NCBI GenBank assembly: GCA_964016885.1 | Contig: OZ024741.1 | Span: forward strand, 76,818,001 to 76,882,000 | Origin: Eledone cirrhosa | Lineage: Eukaryota | DNA: 64,000 nucleotides | Direction of reading: 5' to 3' | In this document: positions 1 through 10,245 of the stretch, in pieces | Position numbering within the stretch: the stretch's first letter is position 1 | How the letters are laid out: the number at the start of each line of letters is the position of its first letter | Notes under the pieces: model-generated | Databases searched by the model: none | What the model was told of the DNA's origin: nothing | The model's input: the letters and a program-made list of their open reading frames with translations, nothing else | Made by a program: the position numbers and the translations under genes

Positions 1-290
1 TTTTGGTCATTTTGGAAGCCTCAACAATGCAGATGGGTAAATCTCCATGTAACAGAATCCGGTGGTGAAGAGAGAGATGTAAGGGAATGTAGAATGAGAT
101 GTATAGTGTGTAGAGGAACGTAGGAAAGAGCGTAAAAATAAAAATAATACCACGAGATAGAGTTACCTTGGGAGAGATTTAATTGTCCCTATATTTCGGA
201 TTCGCATCTATCAACTGGGGGGTTTTCCGGGAGGGAAAAGTTATCTGTCGGAGAGGAACGGTACGTGTCCTCTGCTGTCCGCTGTTTGTG

Positions 291-327
<37 letters not shown>

Positions 328-405
328 GGAAAAAGTATGACCCCAATGGCAGAGCTCAAGCCGTTTCGATGGCTATTTCTGGACTCTAATTTGTTATATA
401 TATAT

Positions 406-1167
406 GAATGAAAGGCAGACTGTATGATGCATGTATCCGAACAGCAATGTTGCATGGTAGTGAGACCTGAGCGCTGAAGGTGGAAGACTTACGTAGATTA
501 GACAGAAATGAAGCCTGCATGCTCCGATGGATGTGTAACAGTAATATACGTGAACGACAAAGCATAAATGAATTGAGAGAGAGACTGAGCATAAGAGGAA
601 TCAAATGCTGTGTGCAGGAGAGGCGGTTGCGCTGGTATGGCCATGTGATGCGTATGAAGGATGACAGCTGCATAAAAAGGTGCAGAGCACTAGAAGTTGA
701 TGGAAACCGCGGAGTGGGGAGACCCAAGATGACCTGGGATGAGGTGATAAAAGCCGACCTTACCCAATTACACCTCTCAAAGGCGATGACACATGACCAT
801 GACCGTGACCTCTGGCGTCATGCAGTAATACAGAGTACCCGACCTCCCATGGGTACAAGCTGAAGCATATAGACAATATGCCCCCCCCCCCCCCACTGCA
901 AGGTGGTCGTGGAGGTGCCACGGCAAAAAAGCACCCAGCCCACACTGTAAAGTGGATGTGTAGGCGCCACGAAAAAGCACCCCGCACTCACTGTAAATGA
1001 AGTTGGTGTTAGGAAGGGCATCCAGCTGTAGAAATCAAGCCAAATCAGTTCCTGTATGGGCAAGGCATGGTCAGCCGACCAGACACTTCCCACAACAGAA
1101 CAACCCGTCTAACCCATGCTAGTGTGGAAGAACGGACGTAAAACGGTGATGATGATGATGATGATGA
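406..1167 (+). mobile_element. RTE-clade LINE (family A), 5'-truncated 3' fragment with 3' UTR and (GAT)n tail
   Basis: Encodes MKGRLYDAC...LHGSET*...MLRWMC...RRLRWYGHVMRM...GRPKMTW, typical of the RTE ORF2 C-terminus (ORF 480..863). The 3' UTR is shared with other copies, and a (GAT)n tail lies at 1148-1167. Confidence 0.93.
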
Positions 1168-1176
1168 CACCTCTCT

Positions 1177-2135
1177 CATCATCATCACTCTTATACGTCC
1201 ATTCTTCCATGCTAGCATGAGTTAGACGGGTTGTCCTGTTGTGGGCAATGCCAGGTCAGTTGACCATCTCTTACTCATACAGGAACTGATTTGGGCTTGA
1301 TTTCTACAGCTGGATGCCCTTCCTAACACCAATCTCATTTACAGTGAGTGCTGCGTGCTTTTTACCATGGTGTCTACACGACCACTCTACAGTGTGAACT
1401 GAGGGTTTTTTTGTTGACACCTACATGATCACTTTACAGCGGGAGGGGCGTGGGGGCATACTATCTATATGCTTCAGCTTCGGCTTGTACCCATGGGAAG
1501 TCGTGTCTTCTGTATTACTGCGTGATGCCAGAGATCCCAGTCATGTGTCATCGCCTTTGAGAGGTGCAATTGGGCAAGATCAGCTTTTATCACCTCATCT
1601 CAGGTCTTCTTGAGTCCCCCCCCCACTCCAAGGCTTCATCGACTTTTAGTGCTCTACACCTTTTTATGCAGCTGTTATCCATCATATGCATCCCATGTCC
1701 ATACCAACGTAATCTCCTATCCTGCACACATCTCTCTCTCAATTCATTTATGCTTTACCGTTCGTGTATATTACTATTACACATCCATCAGAGCATGTAA
1801 GCTTCATTTCTTTCTAATCGACACATGTCTTCTGCACACAACGCCCAGGTCTCACTACCATGCAACATTGCTGTTCGTATGCACGCATTATACAGTCTGC
1901 CTTTCATTTTGAAGGGAAAACCTTTTGCAGCTAGCAGTGTTAGTAGCTCCCTGAACTTTTTCCATCCGTTCTTACCCTGGTTACTGTACTTTCAGAACAC
2001 CCACCTCCACTGCTAATTCGGTCACCTAGGTAGCAGAAGCTGTCTACTGTTTCTACAGAGCCCTTCCAGAATTTGGTAGTGCTTATTTCCTGCTTACTGT
2101 CCCAGTGCAACTGCTACATGTAAAGCCTCCATTCT
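1177..2135 (-). mobile_element. RTE-clade LINE (family A) 3' fragment, tail-to-tail with the previous copy
   Basis: Reverse complement of the same 3' UTR and C-terminal coding region, with a (CAT)n tail at 1177-1187. Confidence 0.92.
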
Positions 2136-2159
2136 TAACTATATATATATAATTATCAT

Positions 2160-2455
2160 CATAGGGTAAAGAGCACCTTCAGTCCTGATTGACCATGGCT
2201 TTTGCACCTAGAAAGTTCCCCTTTGAAGCACAAGCCCAGACATACCAGTCTACCCTCTTCACCGATGTCTAAGGAAAAAGCTTGCCACCAGTAATGTGAT
2301 ATCATAACTCAATTTTTTCCATCCAAGTGAACTAGTGAAATATGAAATAAAGTGCCTTACTCAAAGACACAACACACTGTCCGATCCAGGAATTGAACTC
2401 ACAATTGCCATGCACTAGGATTGAACAAAGAACATTTAAATCATATAGACATGCC
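2160..2455 (-). mobile_element. Degenerate tRNA-derived SINE related to SINE family 2
   Basis: Contains GAAATAAAGTGCCTTACTCAAAGACACAACAC...GGAATTGAACTCAC, matching the reverse complement of the head and core of the SINE at 12679-13020. Confidence 0.7.
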
Positions 2456-3229
2456 TGGAACCCATGCATTTGCATCTACAAGTGTGAGAAATATATACTA
2501 AACGCATGTAGTAGTTTCATAATTTATTTGAAGTGGAATCTTCAACCCATCCAACACTGTCATCTTCCTACAGCTGCCTGGAGTTATGCAATCCATACAG
2601 AAATCTCAGAACAGTATTAGAGTGAAGCATCAGGTTTGATTACATAGACATAAATGATATAAGAGAGAACAAATACAAGTTTGGACCAGAAAATGTACAA
2701 CAGTTGCTCTCACTGTACTAGAGCCAGAAATTTATCACAAGTTTGGTGATTACATTACCGATTATATTACAAAGAGCCAGCCATTCTTTGTGGCAATGTA
2801 CAGCAACTGGAGACATTGTAACTACTTCCAGGCTAACCAGCAGTGGATCACAGAGATACAGTATGCAAGCTCCCCATGGTGGATATGCTGCGGCACATAT
2901 CATTTTCCCGCTACTTCGTAAGTTAATCTAAGAAGAAAAAAAGCTAGCAGAGTACACCTTATAGAAAAAAAAAAGATATGGCAGACAGCTTTAACCCTTT
3001 TGATACCAAAACACCTGAAACTGCCCTAACAACTTTGTCAATCCATCAAAAATACCTTCTCATATGATTATTGATTGGACCAGTCTTTAAATGCGTAAAC
3101 AGATATTTAATGCAAGTTTGTGATTCCATAATACACAGACATGCATTATATACTCATACATGCACATACACATGCAAGAAAATATATGCACATACAGACA
3201 CACATATACATACAAGCCAACAAGACAAC

Positions 3230-3625
3230 TTCAATGTGCTAGAAATAGAAGCCAAATCTCCCTCATATTACATTCTTTAAAAATATCTAAGGGAACTTTG
3301 GATTATGTAGTCCAACTTATGAGGGTGGGCTGAAAAGTCCATAGGCTGTCTATGAAAGAGTGATGCTAGACCTGTGAAATCTTGCATACATTAATTTCAA
3401 CTCTTCTTATTAATAACTACATTGTTTCTTTCCAAGGACCATGTTGAAAAATAAACTTCATTTGGTCATTCCTTGAGAGTATCTTGGTCAGCCTATGAAC
3501 TTTCAGTTGACTCTCATACACTAATCATGTTCAAAACAACAACAAAATAGATGCCATGGTCATAGTTGGAATACCATTGATCATAGTTCTGCTGGATAAG
3601 TGCTGACTTAGAGCTAAACAACAAT
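3230..3625 (+). repeat. Unclassified ~200-250 bp dispersed repeat (family X, (CAA)n tail) interrupted by a mariner-like MITE
   Basis: Starts TGCTAGAAATAGAAGCCAAATCTCCCTCA and ends GGTCATAGTTGGAATACCATTGATCATAG...GCTAAACAACAA. The same motifs recur near 3930, 29930, 43950-44705, 47960-48135 and 50995-51170. Confidence 0.7.
3318..3518. mobile_element. Tc1/mariner-like MITE
   Basis: Imperfect TIRs TGAGGGTGGGCTGAAAAGTCCATAGGCTG / CAGCCTATGAACTTTCAGTTGACTCTCA flanked by TA; no ORF. Confidence 0.8.
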
Positions 3626-4025
3626 TCACAAATCTTTTTCAGTTATGGATCCTTTGAAGACTGTACTTCTTAAAGAGCAACAACAATGCAAGATGCAGCC
3701 AAGTGAGTTACTAAAGAAAAAATGGCAGCTACCACCTACATTAAACCTACTACAGAAGTGGTGGTATTTCATCATTGTAGAAGCACAGAATATCTGAACC
3801 ACTGCAACAATAAGAACAACCACATTTGAGATTCAAGGTCCATAATCCTCATTGCAGAAAATGTCTGCACAACAGAGCTTTTTAATGGTGTTGGGGTGTG
3901 CATTTCTCAGCATCAAACTCATCATTCAACTAGCTAGAAATAATCCTACAATTTTAACAAAAGAACATATTAAAGAATGTAGCCCTAGTTATACAAAAAT
4001 CCAGGATGGCTAAAGCTGGATAAGT

Positions 4026-4255
4026 TTAACCCTTTAACATTTACATTACGCTATATATATACTATTGTATTTTCACAGTAAAGGCTTACCTCACATAATT
4101 ACTTCACATAATATCAAACCTATGAGATTTTGATATTATTTATTTTGAGAACAATACCTTGATATCAGTATGAGTGGTTGGTTACAGCTGGTTTGAACAG
4201 AAAGAAGTGAGAGAATTCTGGCCTGATTCAACCGGTTTAAATTATAAAGGGTTAG
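4026..4255. mobile_element. piggyBac-like MITE inserted in a family X repeat
   Basis: Ends TTAA-CCCTTTAACATTTA and TAAATTATAAAGGG-TTAG give CCC/GGG termini with a TTAA-type TSD. A similar end lies at 2991-3010. Confidence 0.72.
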
Positions 4256-4448
4256 TCATAGGTTTGTTTGATCAAGTCTAATTCGGGGCTAAACAAAAAG
4301 AACAAAAGATACAACATACATTTTATATGGAACATAGATTTTATATGGAAAACCATTTTAGGAATGAAATTCTCATTAAATAGATCAATGAGTTGTAAAG
4401 TTATTCGGTAGAGTTTCAACAACTGAATTCATGTTTTATTTTATTATT

Positions 4449-4636
4449 GGTGAATTGGCAATATCGGTAGAGGGTCGGACGCTATGCTTTGACGCATAGA
4501 GTTATGGCCCTTGCCATTCTGAGTTCAAATCCCACCGAGGTTAACTTTGCCTTTCATCCTAACGGGGTGGATAAAATAAAGTACCAATAATGTACTGGGT
4601 AATTGCTGGCCTTGTGCCAATAATAGAAACAATTAT
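4449..4636 (+). mobile_element. tRNA-derived SINE family 1 (~185 bp)
   Basis: A-box-like TGGCAATATCGG, B-box GAGTTCAAATCC, central GCCTTTCATCCT..GGGGT.GATAAAATAAAGTACCA block, and 3' end TAGAAACAATTAT. Many near-identical copies occur in the window. The central block resembles the MetaSINE domain from memory (unverified). Confidence 0.88.
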
Positions 4637-4654
4637 ATATATATATATAGAAAC

Positions 4655-4689
<35 letters not shown>

Positions 4690-4717
4690 CAAAGATGAGT
4701 ATGGTTCGTTGATTACT

Positions 4718-4789
<72 letters not shown>

Positions 4790-4792
<3 letters not shown>

Positions 4793-5052
4793 CTGATGGT
4801 AGCTAAGATGCTTCCATAGGCGGTATGCCGGTTGAGCACTCTATGCTCTTACAGAGCAGAGTATGATATAATAGAAAACGGAAAATCAAAAAAGAGAATA
4901 TGCTCCGAAATCATTAGACGTATCCGTCGAACCTATGGGTCCATAATCAGACAAATCCACACAATGATCACGTCTCGAGCTGTCCACCGGCGAAACAATG
5001 GTAACACACAATAAATTAAGTTCAGATGCATCACTGATTTTTCGTTTTCTAT

Positions 5053-5058
<6 letters not shown>
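4790..5058. repeat. Unique island in (TA)n with a 22-bp inverted repeat and a ~76-nt unpaired extension
   Basis: TATAATAGAAAACGGAAAATCA (4867-4888) pairs with TGATTTTTCGTTTTCTATTATA (5035-5056) with 1 mismatch. Confidence 0.65.
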
Positions 5059-5096
<38 letters not shown>

Positions 5097-5115
5097 ATAT
5101 AATATATATATAGAG

Positions 5116-5303
5116 GGCGGTGGATTGGCAGTGTCGGTAGAGGGTCGGACGCCATGCTTTCCAGCATAGTTACGTCCCTTTACGATCTGAGTTCAAATCC
5201 CGCCGAGGTTGACTTTGCCTTTCATCCTTACGGGGTCGATAAAATAAAGTACCAGTAATGCACTGGGTAATTGCTGGCCTTGTGCCTAAAGTAGAAACAA
5301 TTA
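5116..5303 (+). mobile_element. SINE family 1, full length
   Basis: GGCGGTGGATTGGCAGTGTCGG...GAGTTCAAATCCCGCCGAGG...GTAGAAACAATTA, inserted in (TA)n. Confidence 0.9.
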
Positions 5304-5330
5304 TATATATATATATATATAAAGTAATAA

Positions 5331-7035
5331 CGTAACTAATCAGAGAGAGAATTGATCTAGATGAAATGCAGTTCGGGTTTGTGTCAGGCAAAAGTACAAC
5401 AGACGCTCTTTTCATTGTACGACAACTACAGGAGAAGTACCTAGCTAAAAGTAAACCCCTATACTTAGCTTTTGTTGACTTGGAGAAAGCCTTCGACAGA
5501 GTCCCCCGTTCCATTATCTGGTGGGCTCTTAGAAAACTAGGTGTTGACGAATGGCTTGTGAGAGCTATACAAGCCATGTATAAAGAAACAGTCAGCAAGG
5601 TTAGAATTAACAACGAATATTGTGAAGAGTTTAGCGTAAAAGTTGGCGTCCATCAGGGCTCTGTTCTCAGCCCCCTACTATTTATTATTGCCCTTCAGGC
5701 TATAACAGAGGAGTTCAAGACCGGTTGCCCATGGGAACTCCTATACGCAGATGACCTAACACTCATAGCTGAATCAATGGCCGAGCTAGAGAAGAAATTC
5801 CAAACATGGAAGCACGGCCTAGAATCAAAAGGCCTTAAAATTAACCTGGCTAAAGTTCTAGTTTGTAAGAAAGAAAATAAGGTGGCGGTCCCTTCCGGGA
5901 AGTGGCCATGCTCAGTGTGTAGGAAAGGCGTAGGTAGAAACTCCATTTTGTGTCCCAGATGCAAAGTATGGGTGCATAAAAGATGTAGTGGGATCACAGG
6001 TAAGCTAACTAAGAACATAGATTTTACATGTGGCCGGTGCTCTGATGCAATAAGTAGCAGCAAGTGCCCACAAAATACTAGCTCTTTCAACTGCGCAGAG
6101 GGTTCTATAGAAATAGTGGACAGCTTCCGTTACCTGGGTGACAAAATCAGCAGTGGGGGAGGGTGCTCTGAAAGTACAGTAGCTAGAGTCAGAAGTGGAT
6201 GGAAAAAGTTCAGAGAGCTTATACCACTATTAGCCGCTAAAGGGTTCTCCCTAAAAATGAAAGGCAGGTTGTATGATGCCTGCATATGAACAGCAATGTT
6301 GCATGGCAGTGAGACCTGGGCATTGTGTGCAGAGGATATACACAGACTAGAGAGAAACGAAGCTTGCATGCTCCGCTGGATGTGTAATAGTAATATACGT
6401 GAACGGCAAAGCATAAACGAACTAAGGGAGAAATTAGAAATAAGAGGGATCAGATGTTGTTTACTCGAGAGAAGGCTACGTTGGTATGGTCACGTGATGC
6501 GCATGAAAGACGACAGCTGTATAACAAAGTGCAGGGCAATAAAGATAGACGGTAGCCACGGAATAGGCAGACCCAGAAAAACCTGGGACGAGTTGATAAA
6601 TTCCGACCTCACACACTTACACCTCACCAAGACAATGTCACTGGACCGAGACCTTTGGCGGTACTCAGTAATAGAGAAGAGCCGCCTTACCTAAATACAA
6701 AAACCTACTACAGTCAGTAGGCATCTCTAACAAAATACACCCCCGTCCCACCACCCCCACCCCATCCACACTGCCCCTTTCAATGTAAAGTTATGTTGGT
6801 GCCACAACATCCAGGCCGAAACAAATGAGATCGTGTAGGCAACACGGTAAAAACCTCCCAGTCCCACACTGTAAATGTGGTTGGTGTTAGGAAGGGGATC
6901 CAACTGTAGAAAACCTGCCAGACAGTCCTATGCGAGCAACATAATCACTCTTGCATCAAGTGGGAAAACCCCCGTCCAAACCCATGCAAGCGTGGAACAC
7001 GGATGTTAAACGTTGATGATGATGATGATGATGAT
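5331..7035 (+). mobile_element. RTE-clade LINE (family A), 5'-truncated within the RT
   Basis: RT motifs QFGF, AFVDLEKAFDRV, GVHQGSVLSPLLF, LLYADD and FRYLG, followed by the 3' UTR and a (GAT)n tail at 7015-7035. Confidence 0.96.
5366..6694 (+). pseudogene. RTE ORF2 remnant (RT, embedded PHD-like finger, C-terminal domain) with one in-frame stop
   Basis: ORFs 5366..6289 and 6296..6694 are in the same frame. TGA at 6287-6289 corresponds to CGA in the copy at about 22623. Confidence 0.92.
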
Positions 7036-7055
7036 ATTATATATATATATATATT

Positions 7056-7577
7056 ATAAAGTTAAATAAAAGTCAAATGATTAAAATTTAGCTTCGTTTA
7101 TTACTGCTATATATATTTCAGTGACAGCCATCTTTGGCTGTGACCTCTTCAGGCAGTTTGAATTAGTATGGTATAGACAAGTACATATGTTGTTTAGGTG
7201 TATGATATTGTCAATACTCTGATATGCCCAGTTCCTTGTTGGGTTGTTAATTCACTGGGGAACTGGAGTCATATCAGTGAATTAACAACCCAACAAGGAA
7301 CTGGGCATATCAGAGTATTGACAATATCATACACCTAAACAACATATGTACTTGTCTATACCATACTAATTCAAACTGCCTGAAGAGGTCACAGCCAAAG
7401 ATGGCTGTCACTGAAATATATATAGCAGTAATAAACGAAGCTAAATTTTAATCATTTGACTTTTATTTAACTTTATTTTACACTACTCCGGAGTAACCAA
7501 ACCAACCTGCGCACTTCGTCGAGTGCTCCAGCCTGCATACTGAGGTGTTGGTATACAACCAACATAAACTCAAAATC
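7056..7577 (+). mobile_element. Penelope-like pseudo-LTR insert: perfect 202-bp inverted repeat plus a 101-nt unpaired tail
   Basis: 7056-7257 is the exact reverse complement of 7275-7476 (17-nt spacer). Each arm contains a hammerhead motif, and the insert is flanked by (TA)n. Confidence 0.8.
7375..7429 (+). ncRNA. Minimal type I hammerhead ribozyme (mirror copy on the - strand at 7103-7157)
   Basis: ACTGC-CTGAAGA-GGTCACAGCCA-AAGA-TGGCTGTCACT-GAAA-TATATA-TA-GCAGT: 5-bp stem I, intact core, stem II 10/11 paired, palindromic mini stem III, AUA cleavage triplet. Confidence 0.85.
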
Positions 7578-7586
7578 TATATATAT

Positions 7587-7618
<32 letters not shown>

Positions 7619-8850
7619 ATATTATATATATATATATAATATATATATATTATATATATATATATATATTATATATATATATATATTATATATATATATT
7701 ATTTATATAATATATTATATATATATATTATATATATATATATTATATATATATATATAATATATATATATTATATATATATATTATATATATATATATA
7801 ATATATATATATTATATATATATATATAATATATATATATTATATATATATATTATATATATATATATAATATATATATATTATATATATATATTATATA
7901 TATATAATATATATATATTATATATATATATATAATATATATATATTATATATATATATATAATATATATATATTATATATATATATATTATATATATAT
8001 ATATTATATATATATATAATATATATATATATATATTATATATATATATTATATATATATATATATAATATATATATATTATATATATAAATATATTATA
8101 TATATATATATATTATATATATATATCTAATATATATATATTATTGTTATACTTTGGGAGGGTCATGTTGCCAATAAAAAACAATATATATACATTATAT
8201 ATATATAATTTATATATATGATATATATATATATATTATATATATAATATATATATATTCATATATATATATATATTATATATATAATATATGTATATTA
8301 TATATATATATTATATATATATATATAATATATTTATATTATATATATATATTATATATATTATATATATACTATATAATATATATATATATTATATATT
8401 ATATATTATATATATATAATATATATATATATTATATATATATAATATATATATATTATTGTTATACTTTGGGAGGGTCATGTTGCCAATAAAAAACAAT
8501 ATATATATATTATATATAATGTATATATATGATATATATATATATATTATATATATATATATATAATATATATATATTATATATATAATATATGTATATT
8601 ATATATATATATTATATATATATATATTATATATATTATATATATATATTATATATATATATATTATATATATATATATTATATATATTATATATATATA
8701 TTATATATATATATATTATATATATATATATTATATATATTATATATATATATTATATATATATATATTATATATTATATATATTATATATATATATATT
8801 ATATATATTATATATATTATATATATATATTATAAAATATATTATATATA

Positions 8851-8891
<41 letters not shown>

Positions 8892-9031
8892 TATATATAT
8901 ATATATATTATATATATTATATATATATATTATATATATTATATATATATATATTATATAATATATATATATATTATATATATATATATATAATATATAT
9001 ATATATATTATATATATATAATATATATATA
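7578..9031. repeat. ~1.45 kb (TA)n array with phase shifts
   Basis: Almost pure alternating A/T with TT/AA slips; it contains two copies of a 43-bp unique motif. Confidence 0.97.
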
Positions 9032-9590
9032 TTATTGTTATACTTTGGGAGGGTCATGTTGCCAATAAAAAACACACGCACCAGTTGCTTTCACTTCAAT
9101 TTATTATAAATTTATAAATTTCTGGTTGGTTGGTTGGTTCCACAACCTGATGATTGTGTATATATTGTCAAAGTTCTTTCGTCACACATTCTGTGACCTC
9201 TTCAGTGACTGGGGATTCTTTTCTTTGTTTTTCTGCCTCTCCTTTGTTCTATCCTACGCCATCTTGTTTTTGTGTGTGTTGTGTGCTTAGTTTGTGCATG
9301 TGTTACATCCGGGTGTCTGTGTCTGTTTATATTTGTTTATTTATTTGTTTATTTACATGTTATTGGTTGGTTGTTTGTTCTATGTGCGTGTGTGTCTTCA
9401 CAATGCTGTACTAGTTTCAAGCTTATTAGCTATCGTCAGTAACGTATACCTTCCTGCCAGATGGTTAGTACAGCTTTCCTTTGTCAGTGTTGAACAAATG
9501 AGCAACGATGGTTGCTAGACACTGTATGGCTTAATTTGGGATGTTTGTTTACAAACACACCGAGCATTATAATAAATGTTCGGTGAAGCC
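9032..9590 (-). mobile_element. Probable Penelope-like 3'/pLTR fragment with a hammerhead motif at 9167-9209
   Basis: Minus strand reads GTCA-CTGAAGA-GGTCACA-GAATG-TGTGAC-GAAA-GAAC-TT-TGAC. It shares CTGAAGAGGTCACA with the 7375 ribozyme and ends in (TA)n. Confidence 0.62.
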
Positions 9591-9760
9591 ATACGTACAT
9601 ATATATATGTGTGCATGTATGTATATATATATACATACTACTGTACGTCTGTATACATATATGTATGTACGTATACATACTTATATTTAAGTAACAGCCG
9701 CACTAAGAGTGGGAAATGAAATTTCGTTTCATCTTTTCCATATATATAATATATATATAT

Positions 9761-9993
9761 AATTGTTTCTACTTTAGACACAAGGCCAGCAATTACCCAA
9801 TAATATATATATATATAATTGTTTCTACTTTTGGCACAAGACCAGCAAATACCCAGTACATTACTGGTACTTTATTTTATCGACCCCGTAAGGATGAAAG
9901 GCAAATTTAACCTCGGCGGGATTTGAACTCAGACTGTAAAGGGACGTAACTATGCTAGAAAGCATGGCGTCCAACCCTCTACCAATACTGCCA
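9761..9993 (-). mobile_element. SINE family 1 (9817-9993) plus a duplicated 3' fragment (9761-9800)
   Basis: Reverse complement of the family 1 sequence. Confidence 0.88.
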
Positions 9994-10175
9994 ATATATT
10001 ATATATATATATATTATATATATATATATTATATATATATATATTATATATATATTATATATATATTATATATATATATATATTATATATATATTATATA
10101 TATATATATATTATATATATATATTATATATATATATTATATATATATATATTATATATAAATATATATATATAT

Positions 10176-10244
<69 letters not shown>
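9994..10244. repeat. (TA)n array
   Basis: Direct observation. Confidence 0.97.

Positions 10245-10245
<1 letters not shown>

Noticed and set aside
3780-3925. Minus-strand CCADIFCN motif followed by a hydrophobic stretch, resembling an LU/activin-receptor ectodomain end
   Set aside because: The motif is followed by a stop within a few codons, the hydrophobic part is in another frame, and there is no splice support.
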